From NCBI RefSeq assembly GCF_001194135.2, contig NC_068989.1:4852388-4916387 (forward strand): a stretch of 64,000 nucleotides of DNA, given 5' to 3'. A model generated the notes under the pieces. That model was not told where the DNA came from. It searched no databases and worked only from the letters and a program-made list of their open reading frames with translations. The first letter of the stretch is position 1. Each line of letters opens with the position of its first letter. The position numbers were made by a program, and so were the translations under genes. The DNA comes from Octopus bimaculoides. Lineage: Eukaryota. Shown piece by piece: positions 37,184 to 48,120 of this stretch.

Positions 37184-38754
37184 CCTGTCCATCGAATAAA
37201 CAGAGAGAGAAGTAAAATGTTTGTTCTAGAACATGACTAGATGCCAGAACTTGATAACATTAGGGTTTTTCATGCCAGAATTAGGCTAACGAGGGAATGG
37301 TGTAAAGCAGGTAGACCAAAAGCCCAAAAGGTTGGGCCTTGCAGATAAGATTGTACTGTACTGAGGATATGTTATATTGCTTGTCTCCCAATCAATGTCA
37401 TCATGGAAAAATAGACAGAAAATTATATTGACGATGATGTGGGTGATAGTGATAGCAATATTGATAAGGGTGGTCATCATTATCCTCAAGTGCCACTGAC
37501 TTTTCATGATCAGCTGACCCATCACCCGATTAGTTTCTGTTGATGGCTATACTCCCCAGTCATTTGAAGAGCTTCCAGTTTCTTTTTTCACATCTCTACT
37601 GCCTGGAAAATGTCTGTCTAAGGGTTTGTTGTAGATTCAGATGAAATTCTGGTTCCAGGAGTGCACTTACAGCACTCACTGATTGAGGCCTATTCATGAC
37701 AAGAACACCAGTCTTCACATGTTTATACTCTGTAATCTGCTGTTAGATAGGACTTCTGTAGCTAAGAGCACGGGGAGTAGTGAAGAACCTTATTGCATTG
37801 TTAACTCATGCTTCTGTGGAACCTGAAAAGTGCTGAAAAGTTTAATACTGCACCAAAGGATGTTTGAATATCACTAAAATATTCAGTGGATTGAGTTGAT
37901 TTTCTATGGCCAGATAGCCTTCTTGTTGCCAACCCTCACCTGGTGGTGGCGGCAAGGTGGAGAAGTGGATATTATTTTGAGGATGTTGTTTTAAATCTTT
38001 ACTGTTGTAGATATATCTGGATGTTTTGGGAAATATAGCATGTTATGGTTGAAGCCTTCTGCTGTAAAAAAAAAATTAAAAAACTGTGCCCTTTACATTT
38101 CTTTCAGTTTGATGATGGTAGTGGTAGTGATACTGGTGTTGGTAGTGGTAGCAGTGGTGGAAATAATTTAGGAATATTGTACTAGATGATTCTATAGTCT
38201 CTTAATTTGATACTAAATGTTCTTGATCATAATTCTGCTTAATCAGGGCTAACCTGGGGTTAAACCACAAGAACAGTGTTTTGAAAACCCTGCAAAGGTT
38301 AAGGATACAACCCCATCTCTAAGCTAGATAAGGAAAAAAAGCACAAATACATATCTAACCCTCAGTACCAGACCTTAACACCACATCTCCACAGCTCAAT
38401 AACCCCTCCCATCATCACAATATTTCGCATCCTAATGGTAGTTACACACACCACTTGACCACATCCACCACCATATAAAGAACATTACATACAAGACTCT
38501 CATAATACGACACCCTCCACTCTCCGCTCACATTACACACCATGAAGTCTTGATTCAAAGCCAATATCTCCTTCTTTATTGTATTCTCTGAAGATTACAG
38601 ATAATGTATGTGTGTGTGTGTGTGTGTAAATATGTGTATGTGTGTGTATATGAGTTTGTGTATTTGTATGTGTGAATGTGTCATCGGCGAGTGTATATGT
38701 TATTGGTGTAAGTTGCAGGAGGTGTGGAAATGTGTTTTTATGTTGTTCTTGTTA

Positions 38755-38960
38755 TTGTTTAACCACAGGTCAGCCTTGATTGAATAGACCTCTGAACAAA
38801 GACAGGATAATCAAGGACTACGATCCTGCCTTCTTTGTATATTTTGGATCACATTGTCCAGTGTGTCCTTCATTTTTTAAAACTTAATAGTGTAATTTCA
38901 GGGAGATTTGGCTGCTATTTCTAAAAAAAATTGAGACCACTGAGATGCTCTCTCATTGGT
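38755..38960 (+). mobile_element. SINE-like family D (other copies at about 40895-41040, 42190-42370, 53020-53210, 53915-54090, 55025-55200; minus-strand at about 10150-10350, 28250-28400)
   Basis: Recurrent order TTGTTTAACCCCAGGTCA...ACATTGTCCA(A/G)TG...GGGAGATTTGGCTGCTATTTCTAGCAG; copies are diverged and boundaries approximate. Confidence 0.7.
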
Positions 38961-39295
38961 TCAAGTATTATGTTTGTGAAGCATTTATGTGTAGAGGTAT
39001 ATGTATATACAGGTGTATGTTTGTATTTGAGTGCTGGTTTAGGTTGAGGCATGTGTGTGTGTGTGTGTGTGTGTGTGTCTGTGTGTAAATATATGTGTGT
39101 TGATATTCAAGTCTCCATGTGTGTGAGCATACACCTGATTGCATAAGTGTACACACATGTGTGAAGTTGTATATAATTGTTTATGCTTATTAATGACTGT
39201 GTAAATGTATATGTGTGTATGTTTGTAATAATGTATAGTTAGCTCTATATGTCTCAACATCAATGTATAACTGTGTCGCTTCCTACTTGAATTTG

Positions 39296-39331
<36 letters not shown>

Positions 39332-39598
39332 GTGTCTGTATCTACTAATCATTATACGTGTGTATATGTGTAGGCATTGTAATGATGTGTAAGTATTAGA
39401 GTGTGTATTGGTGACTGTGTATCAGCTTATCAGTGTATTGATAGCAATATATCGATATGTGCAGGTGGTAATCAATTTATCATATTTGGAGATATCAAAA
39501 GATATTTAGATTTATTCTCTCACCATATCCTCCCTTTTCACACACACTCTCTCTCTCTCAATCATTCAATGTTTCATTCACTCACACACAGAAAATCA

Positions 39599-39665
<67 letters not shown>

Positions 39666-40149
39666 GTACACAAACACTCCTTTGCTCACTCTCTCTTTCA
39701 CGCACACATGCGCATACACTATTTGACAAATATTCACATATTGCTCTCTATCATACAAATGCATACACACGCACACATCTCACATGTATATGTAATCTCA
39801 CTCTTCTATCTCGTATATATGTGTGTGTGTGCACACACACGTCTCACATGTATTCATAATCACACTATTCTCTCTCTTATATACACATGTATACGCATAT
39901 ATACCCATATGCACTACCCTTCTCTCGCACACATGATTCACACCCTCAAATCATTAATGGGTCCTTGTTACCCCCCTCCCCCACTCTTTCCTAAGTATAC
40001 AAACACTTACACCTTGACATCATTTGTGTGCGTCCATTAATAAAATATAATAACCACTCCCCCCCACCTCTTCTTTTACTATGCTTGTCTCCTGCTTACT
40101 CCCTCTTCAATTTCTCCCACTGCAATATCTCTCTCCCTCTTCGTCTTTC

Positions 40150-40183
<34 letters not shown>

Positions 40184-41854
40184 CTCTAGTCATTCTTATA
40201 TTTTCTACTTTCACTTTTTTCTGTCTTTCCTTTACTCTTTGCCTTCATCACTTTTTATTAATCTTCTTACACACACACACACACACTCACACATGGTGTG
40301 TGTGTGTGTGTGTGTGTGATTGCACATACTTTGTCACATACCTGTTTTAAGATATAGCAGCATAGTCCTTCTCTCTCTCTTTCCATCTCTCTCTCTCCAT
40401 CTCTCTCCCCATCTCTCTCTCTCTCTCTCGTCACCACCCTTGTTTTCTCTTTTGATCTTATCCCCTTCTTTATTTCTCTCTCCTCCTAACCACCATGACC
40501 ACCACTGCCACAAACCTGTCTGCTACTACAGCTAATATCACTTTCATTACCAATTCTATGGTGTAAATGGTCACCTCACCCCACCCACCCCCACCTCACT
40601 CCACCCTCACCACACAAAATCTTTCATCTTTCACTCTCTCCATATAAATGGTTATTTGTCCACTGTTTACTGTCCACCACCACCACCACCACCAGCGTCT
40701 CTGATGGACACCACTGATGGTCTTTTGATTTCTTTTATGTATGTATTTATTCTGGTATTTATTTTGTTGTTATGGCTATGTAGGAATTGAGTGGGGGACG
40801 AGGTTGTCTGACATTGTTGACACTGACTGATATTAAAATGCTGTTTTGATAGTTAGGTTATGCAATGAGGGTGGTGATAGTGTTGTTGTTGTTGTTGTTG
40901 TTGCTTAGCCCTATGTTCAGACCTTCTAGCAATGACCACCCTTGTCGTTTTTCATCTTCTCGGACTATATTTCCCTCGAAACCTTTGGGGTTTTTTTTTA
41001 AGATTATAAAGTGTAATTTGAGGGAGATTTGGCCAAGCAGATGATGGTGAGACAATAGTGGTGGTGGTGGTGGTGATGGTGGTGGTTATGGTGATGGTGT
41101 AGGTGTAGATAATATGGTTGAAGGTGTAGATAATTGTAGTGGTTATTGATCACTGTGGTTGTTGTCTTGATTGGTGTTCTTACCTGTGATTGGAAGATAA
41201 ATCAGCTGATCAAATTAAATGATCAATTGACTGATATTTCTAGCTGCAGTAATCTTGTTTCTGCAGCAGCAGGAACAGGGGATTTGTTCCCTTAAAATAT
41301 AGAATCTAAAACATGTACGCAGCTGAATGATGGTGTGTGTGTGTTGAAATTTCTTTGTTTTGCTTTTCTTTGATTTCATTTTAGTGCTGAGTGAACAGAT
41401 CAAGAATATTCTAGATATGACCATGTCTTTTATTGAGATATAATGTATTTAGAATTGCAGTGTGTAATCTGAAAGAGATGTAGGTGTTGTTTCAAGCCAT
41501 TTGAGTGACCATATAGAAACAATGGCTTGAGGTGTGGATATTTGTATTGTGATGGTGGTGGTGAAGGCGATGTTAGTGCTGTAAGTGATGTGATGGTGGT
41601 GTAGTAATGATGATGATGTGATGGTGGTGTGGCAATGATGATGTTGATGAAGTGTTGATATGGAGGCGATGGTAGTGGTGATAATGGAGATTGTGATAGG
41701 GAAGGTTGTCGATGTAAGTACCGATTTAATGATGGTGGTAATAATAGTGAAAATGTTGGTGCAGATGTTGTTTGTCATCACCACTGAAACTGATGAAAAA
41801 GGACCGAGATATATGGCATATTGCTGTACTCAGGAGACCCAACCTCAATAAAAG

Positions 41855-42085
41855 TGCTGGTATCACATAAGAAGCACTGGTGCCAGTGTTACATAAAAAG
41901 CACTGGTGATGGTACCACATGAAAAGCACCCAGTGCATTCTGTAAAGCAGTTGGTGTTAGGAAGGGCATCCAGCTGTAGAAACCAATCCAAAACAGACTA
42001 TGGAACATGTTGTGACCCTGGCCTTGCCAGTTTCTGTCAAACCATCCAACCCATACTAGCATGAAAAATGGATATTTAAATGATG
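41855..42085 (+). mobile_element. RTE 3'UTR (family B) fragment with 3-4 short AAAAGCACTGGT-type tandem units
   Basis: GTTAGGAAGGGCATCCAGCTGTAGAAACC...AACCCATACTAGCATGAAAAATGG...TGATG. Confidence 0.8.
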
Positions 42086-42719
42086 CTAAAGTTCTGATAT
42101 TGGTCGTGGAGTAAATAACAATGGTGAAGAACAGTGTTAGTTGTCATGATGTGTTTGTCGATTACCCTGCTCGCAACTCCTTGATTTTCTCTGATTAAAC
42201 AGGCCTGGGTTATTCCAGCTATGAACATTCCATCATTTTGCAGATTTTGTGTATCTAAATTTACATTATCAAATATATCTTATTTTTCAAGACAGTAGGG
42301 TGTGATATGAAGGAGGTTTGGTTGCTGTTTCTAGCAGGTTAAGTGATTACATAGAGAATCCATCATTTGTTTATTAGAGGTGATGTAGGCGACAGTGATG
42401 ATGATGATATTAAGTTGTTACATCTGCTAGGTCTCACAATTTTTGATGATCGTTCCTGAACATCTAATCTACACACACTGCCAGATTTGAATCTTTAAAT
42501 CCAGCCTTTCTTCTCAGGAGCCAAAAATTCTTCAGCCCTGATTGTGCTGATCTCTACTAAGTTCACACAAATTCTACAATAGAATATTGCTACTATATAA
42601 ACTAACATCCAAAAAAGGTAATTCAGTTTATTGGCAAATGCTCATTTACCATCACACTCTCAGATATTATTATTACTGAGTCCATGAGTTGGTTCCACTT
42701 TTTAGTTGTATCAGTTTAA

Positions 42720-42935
42720 CCCTTTTAATACCAACCTGTCTGAGACTGCCCCTTGTTCTGTGATATTAGGCACCTGTTTTAAAGTGATCTGCATTAAAAT
42801 CTTCCATTGAGATTTCATGTTATGTTCCAAACACAGGTTGAATAAGAAGAATATTGTTTTACTAAATTGTTCTTTATTTTCAAAAATAAGTGAAACAAAG
42901 GCAGTGAATTCCACAGAAATTTGGTAACAATTGGG
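42720..42935 (-). mobile_element. piggyBac-type MITE, same family as 28429-28623, opposite orientation
   Basis: TTAA flanks (42716-42719, 42936-42939), CCC/GGG termini; the interior aligns in reverse complement (TTTAGTAAAA, TGGAAGATTTTAAT). Confidence 0.7.
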
Positions 42936-43754
42936 TTAAATATCTGTCGATATTACTAAGAGAAACAGAGACATCATTGAATCCCTTTGTGTTATTCTGT
43001 AAATGTGAAGGCTGATACCTAAATAAGAAACTTCAATAGAGCCTTGTATTTTTTTTTTTTTTTTGCAGTTAATTTATAATTACCATCACTACGATTTTGC
43101 TAGCAATACCATTGCAAACAGCATTACAACCACCACTACAAACACTATACATCATCACTCCTTTACTACCATACTACCAGTAACACCACTATCACCATCA
43201 TCATCACTACACCACCATTGTTATTACCACTATCACTACTATAACCATCATGCCATCACAACCACTATTAACACTAGACTGTTTATAAACCAGATAATGA
43301 GTAGTAAATGACTCAATCTGTTGCAATCTATTGATCTTCCAATTTGGTGGAGGTTGGTGAGTTTGCTGGAAGGAAATGGCATTCCTGTAGTGTTGAAAAT
43401 GCAGGGGTTCTAATAATGGGAGAAGGATACTGTTTTGACCGTATGGATAAATGTTGGTGTGGAAGGAAGTGCCTGCCAAGTATTGTTAAAAGAGCTGCCT
43501 AGTATCTTCATATGCATTGGTGTATAAAATGAAAGTAAAGGAACACCAGTTTGGCATTGGTGGGCGTCGACATTTTTGTTTAAAGGAACAGTTGTGTTTA
43601 TGTATGTGTGATTGTAAGTGCTCATGCATGCATGTGCGCACGCATGCAGACACACACACACACACATATGGTAAGAAGTTTGTTTCCCCAACCATATGGT
43701 TCTGCGTTCAGAACCATATATCTCTGGGTATGCTGTGCTAACAATTTCTAATTA

Positions 43755-43950
43755 GAATAAAATAGTGCTATACATGATTACCCTTGACGAGATATTTTGA
43801 GAAGTTAGTAACAAGTGAGCAACAAAGAAAATTAAAACTGAAATTAAATATGTGTATTCTTAGCATTATTTTCCTTATTCCTTAATTTCAAATTCAAACT
43901 TTTAATACAAACATTATCAAGTTGTGATAATCTACCTTGTATTAATTACC
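43755..43950 (+). repeat. AT-rich unclassified repeat, also at about 4000-4200
   Basis: Shared AAATAGTGCTAT(A/G)CATGATTACC and TTCCTTATTCCTTAATTTCAAA(T/C)TCAAACTT blocks in the same order. Confidence 0.6.
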
Positions 43951-43967
43951 TGCCAGGAGACACCATT

Positions 43968-44155
43968 ATCATCATCATTTAACATCCATTTTCCATGCTG
44001 GCATGGGTTGGATAGTATGAGAGTTGCTGGCAAGGCCAGGAACCACAAGTTCTACTATTGTCTGTTTTAGCATGTTTTCTACAGCTAGATTCCTTTCCTA
44101 ACACCGACCACTTTACAGGGTGTATTGAGTGCTTTTTATAAGGCACCAGTGCTTT
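43968..44155 (-). mobile_element. RTE 3'UTR (family B) fragment, minus strand
   Basis: Reverse complement of 41855-42085; visibly diverged. Confidence 0.8.
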
Positions 44156-45360
44156 TTTTTTTTTTTCTTTATCTTTACAAAATGGTACATTTCCTGAAAA
44201 CTCGACAGATAAAGAATAAACTCATTGACCACAATTTATTTGGAATGTAAGAATCTCTCTACAATTTAGCCATTACCTCATGTAGAATTGCGAAAATATA
44301 AAAATATTGACATCATTTTAGAATTATTTCAGGCATGATTTTTTTATCTCTTTTTATATCTAGAAATGTTTATACAATATCATCTAAATGCTCATTAAAG
44401 GATCGTTTATTTATTTTTCAGTGTTATTAAATCCATTACTCTAAATTCCATTAAATTTCTGAATTTTATCACCTTCATCATTACATTCTCATCATCATCA
44501 TCATCATTACTATCATTATCACCATCTTATCTTCATCATCGCCATCCTCTTCATCATCATCATTATTATCGTCATCGTTGTCGTCATCATTATCATCATC
44601 CTCATCAACATCATCAAGGGTGGTAAATTGGAAGAATCATTAGACCATTGCACAAAATGTTTAGCAATATTTCTCTTGGCTCTCTCTGTTCTGAGATCAA
44701 ACTCCACAAAGGTCAACTTTGCCTTTGTACACTCTGAGATCAATAAAATTAAGTACCAGTCAATTACTAATGGTGATGATATTCTATTAACCACCCCCCA
44801 CTCTCAAAAATTTCTAGCCTTGTACCTAAATTAGAAATAATTAAGATTTACAGAATCATTTGGGCATTGAACATTATTATGAGTTTTGGTATTCTAGTTC
44901 TTTATGTTCCATGTTCAGATCCCATCAAGGCCAACTTAGCCCTTTATTCTTCCAAAGTTAATAAAATAAGAACCACTCAAATGCAAGAGGCAGTCTTATC
45001 AACCATTCCTTTCCCCTGCATATAAGGCCTTGTGTTTATATAAGAAGTCATTATTATTGCATCATTTCCTAACAAAACAACTGAAATCATAGATAGCTTG
45101 TTTAAAACATCCAGAGATTATTATTTTTAAACTCTCTAAATTCTAATGCTAAAGTAATTCAAAATTAATTTTCACAGCAAACTTATCTCATCACATGTAT
45201 TACCTTTCTTTCCCCTCCTCCCCCTCCACTCTCCTCCCTTCCCTCCACTTTCCCCCTCTTCCCCCCCACTCTCCTTTCTTCCCTCCCATCTTTCTCTTTC
45301 CCCTCCTCTTCTCTCTCTTTTATTCTCTACCACTTATTTTGTGTTATTATTTATAACCAG

Positions 45361-45594
45361 AAGGCTGTGAGCTGGCAGAAACGTTAGCACGCCGGGCGAA
45401 ATGCTTAGCGCTATTTTGTCTGCTGCTGTGTTCTGAGTTCAAATTCCACCGAGGTCGACTTTGCCTTTCATCCTTTCGGGGTCGATAAATTCAGTACCTG
45501 TTACACACTGGGGTCGATCTAATCGACTTAATCCCTTTGTCTGTCCTTGTTTGTCCCCTCTATGTTTAACCCCTTGTGGGCAGTAAAGAAATAA
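45361..45594 (+). mobile_element. Near-intact tRNA-like SINE family C
   Basis: CpG-rich; A-box-like TGGCAGAAACG, B-box-like GAGTTCAAATTCC, 3' end GTAAAGAAATAA. Confidence 0.9.
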
Positions 45595-47170
45595 GGTAGT
45601 CCGGTGAACTAAATTCATAATTTCATATATATACACATAAGGATAAGCATATTAAAAGTGGTCTGAGAAAATTCATCTAAATAAAAGGGGTCCTTGGTAG
45701 TGAAAAGGTTGGGAACCACTAATCTCCAATAATTTGAGCCACCATGTTGAGGTTTTTACATTGGCATATGCTTTTGTTGCTGGTGGTGATGGTGGTGGTG
45801 TTTACATTTAGATCAGCTCTGATGAAGCAGACCGAGAATGAAAATGGATTTTATTGTTTCTCCATACAGTTTGTACATTGGACTGCATTTTTCTAATGTT
45901 TCCTTTCTTTTTTAAACCGGTAGAGTGTGGATCATGGAAATTCTTGACTGCTGTTTCTTGCAGTTCAAGCAACTTAGTAGAGGCATTGTGAGGTTAACAC
46001 AGTTCATGTTTAGTTTGAAGTTGTTTTGAATGTTAATTGTGTAGGAAGGAAACATGGGTGTGAAGGAAGTTTCCATAATTATGATGATAGTATCTGTTAG
46101 AGACTCATCCAAAGTTATCCAGTAAATCTTTATGATTTTATAATTTTTTGTTTTCTTTCAAATTCTTTCCTTCCACACAAATATCATTTGAGTATGAATG
46201 TGAATTCTGACATTTTAAAATTGTTGTTGATGTTGCTACAGCTATGGGTATTGCTATAAGAGTTCTTGGTGTTAATGGTTTGCCTTAAGCCGCTTTGGGG
46301 CCAACCATGCTCAGTCCTGACAAAACCTACAGTGCTAACAGCTAATGGATGGACTACTTAAGTACTTAACGATATGACTCAGAAAACTCAACAAGTTAAA
46401 TACTACTTTGAATTCAAAATACAAACCACAGCCTCTCTACCCTATAGTTAGTGCGCATGCAGAGACACACATGTGTGCATGCACACATACACTTGTGCAC
46501 ACGTGCACACTAACGCCATCTGATCAGCCACTTCTACAGCCAACACCACACCTCATTTGCTATTCTAATTGTTGTTCCCTTTAACACACGCACACACCAC
46601 ACACAACATACTCTTTGCCACTACTTCCTTACTTAATACATCAATTATTGCATTCCTAACCTCCACATACATGTTGGTATATATTGTGGTGTACCTTATC
46701 ATTCTTATCTATACATATACATTTATACACACACATTAGTAGCAAATGGTGAGAATGAGTACTCAATACAACATTGGTGGATAAATTTCTGGATTTTCAA
46801 CATCACCTTCAGTTTCTTGCATTACAGTGTGAAATGCACACAAACTTATATGTGCATACATTTGCAAGTCTCTATCTACCAAGTTTTATTCACCATGGGT
46901 ATGGTTGACCCCAAACAACAATAGAAAATACTTGTCAAAAGTGCCACATATATAGTTTGTGTGTGGGTGTGTCTATGAGAGAGAGAGAGAGAGAGAGAGA
47001 TGGTAAATACAATATGTAGTTTATACTATTTGCTCCCTACACATGTTTCACCATTTTTGCTATTTGCATCCTCTGCAGTGGGTGTTCATAGTGCATTTGG
47101 AGCTCTAAATTCACCTGTTGCAGTTATACATCTAACTGTACACACATGAACTGCTATATATATATATGTA

Positions 47171-47249
<79 letters not shown>

Positions 47250-47769
47250 ACCCATGCCAGCATGGAAGACAGACGTTAAATGATAATAATGATATATATA
47301 TATATACACTCGTGCGCACACACGCACATTGCAACATTTGTTGGTAAATTGTAGTCTTTCTATTAAACGAAAAATACCAAAAAAGATTTCACAAAATAGA
47401 CATAATTCAATGAGATTCTATGAAAATATCTAATCTAGTTAAAATATCTCTACATTTAAAGTTGAGTTTTGTTTGTTTTTTTGTTAAATCTCTCTTCCTC
47501 CTCCTTTTCATTTCATTTTTGTTTTTCAATTATCTGCCAGTTTTGGATGTTACTTTTAAAGATTCAGAAAAATATATTAGTGTAAATGTAATGCTTTCAT
47601 ACACATACATTTCATAGTTGTTAATAAATGCATACATAGATGAATGCATGCATGCACGTGTGCGTGCACGTATGTGTGTATGTGTGTGATCAGAATCCTG
47701 GTAATTGGTGCCACCAATACTATAGTAGATTTCATTATAGATAATACATATATAAATACATGCAACATA

Positions 47770-48120
47770 GGCGCAGGAGTGGCTGTGTAGTAAGTAGCTT
47801 GCTTACCAGCCACATGGTTCTGGGTTCAGTCCCACTGCATGGCACCTTGGGCAAGTGTCTTCTACTACTATAGCCTCAGGCCAGCCAAAGCCTTGTTAGT
47901 GGATTTGGTAGATGGAAACTGAAAGAAGCCCATCGTATATGTGTGTCTGTATTTGTACCCCCCCCCTCCAACATTGCTTGACACCCAATGCTGGTGTGTT
48001 TATGTCCCGTAACTTAGCAGTTCAGCAAAAGAGACCGATAGAATAAGTACTAAGCATACAAAGAATAAGTCCTGGGGCTGATTTGCATGGCTGCAGTCAA
48101 ATGACTGAGACAAGTAAAAG
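47770..48120 (+). mobile_element. SINE family A copy with a small internal deletion in the tail
   Basis: Colinear with 35023-35410. Confidence 0.85.

Noticed and set aside
36244-37240. ORFs of 300+ aa (also 33054-33765, 22324-22785, 59273-59679)
   Set aside because: They are open only because they cross N gaps.
37480-37860. Possible minus-strand RTE C-terminal zinc-knuckle remnant
   Set aside because: Needs several frameshifts; too decayed to support by eye.
41855-41930. CRISPR-like short repeats
   Set aside because: Eukaryotic context; the units are the tandem motif of the RTE 3'UTR with no unique spacers.
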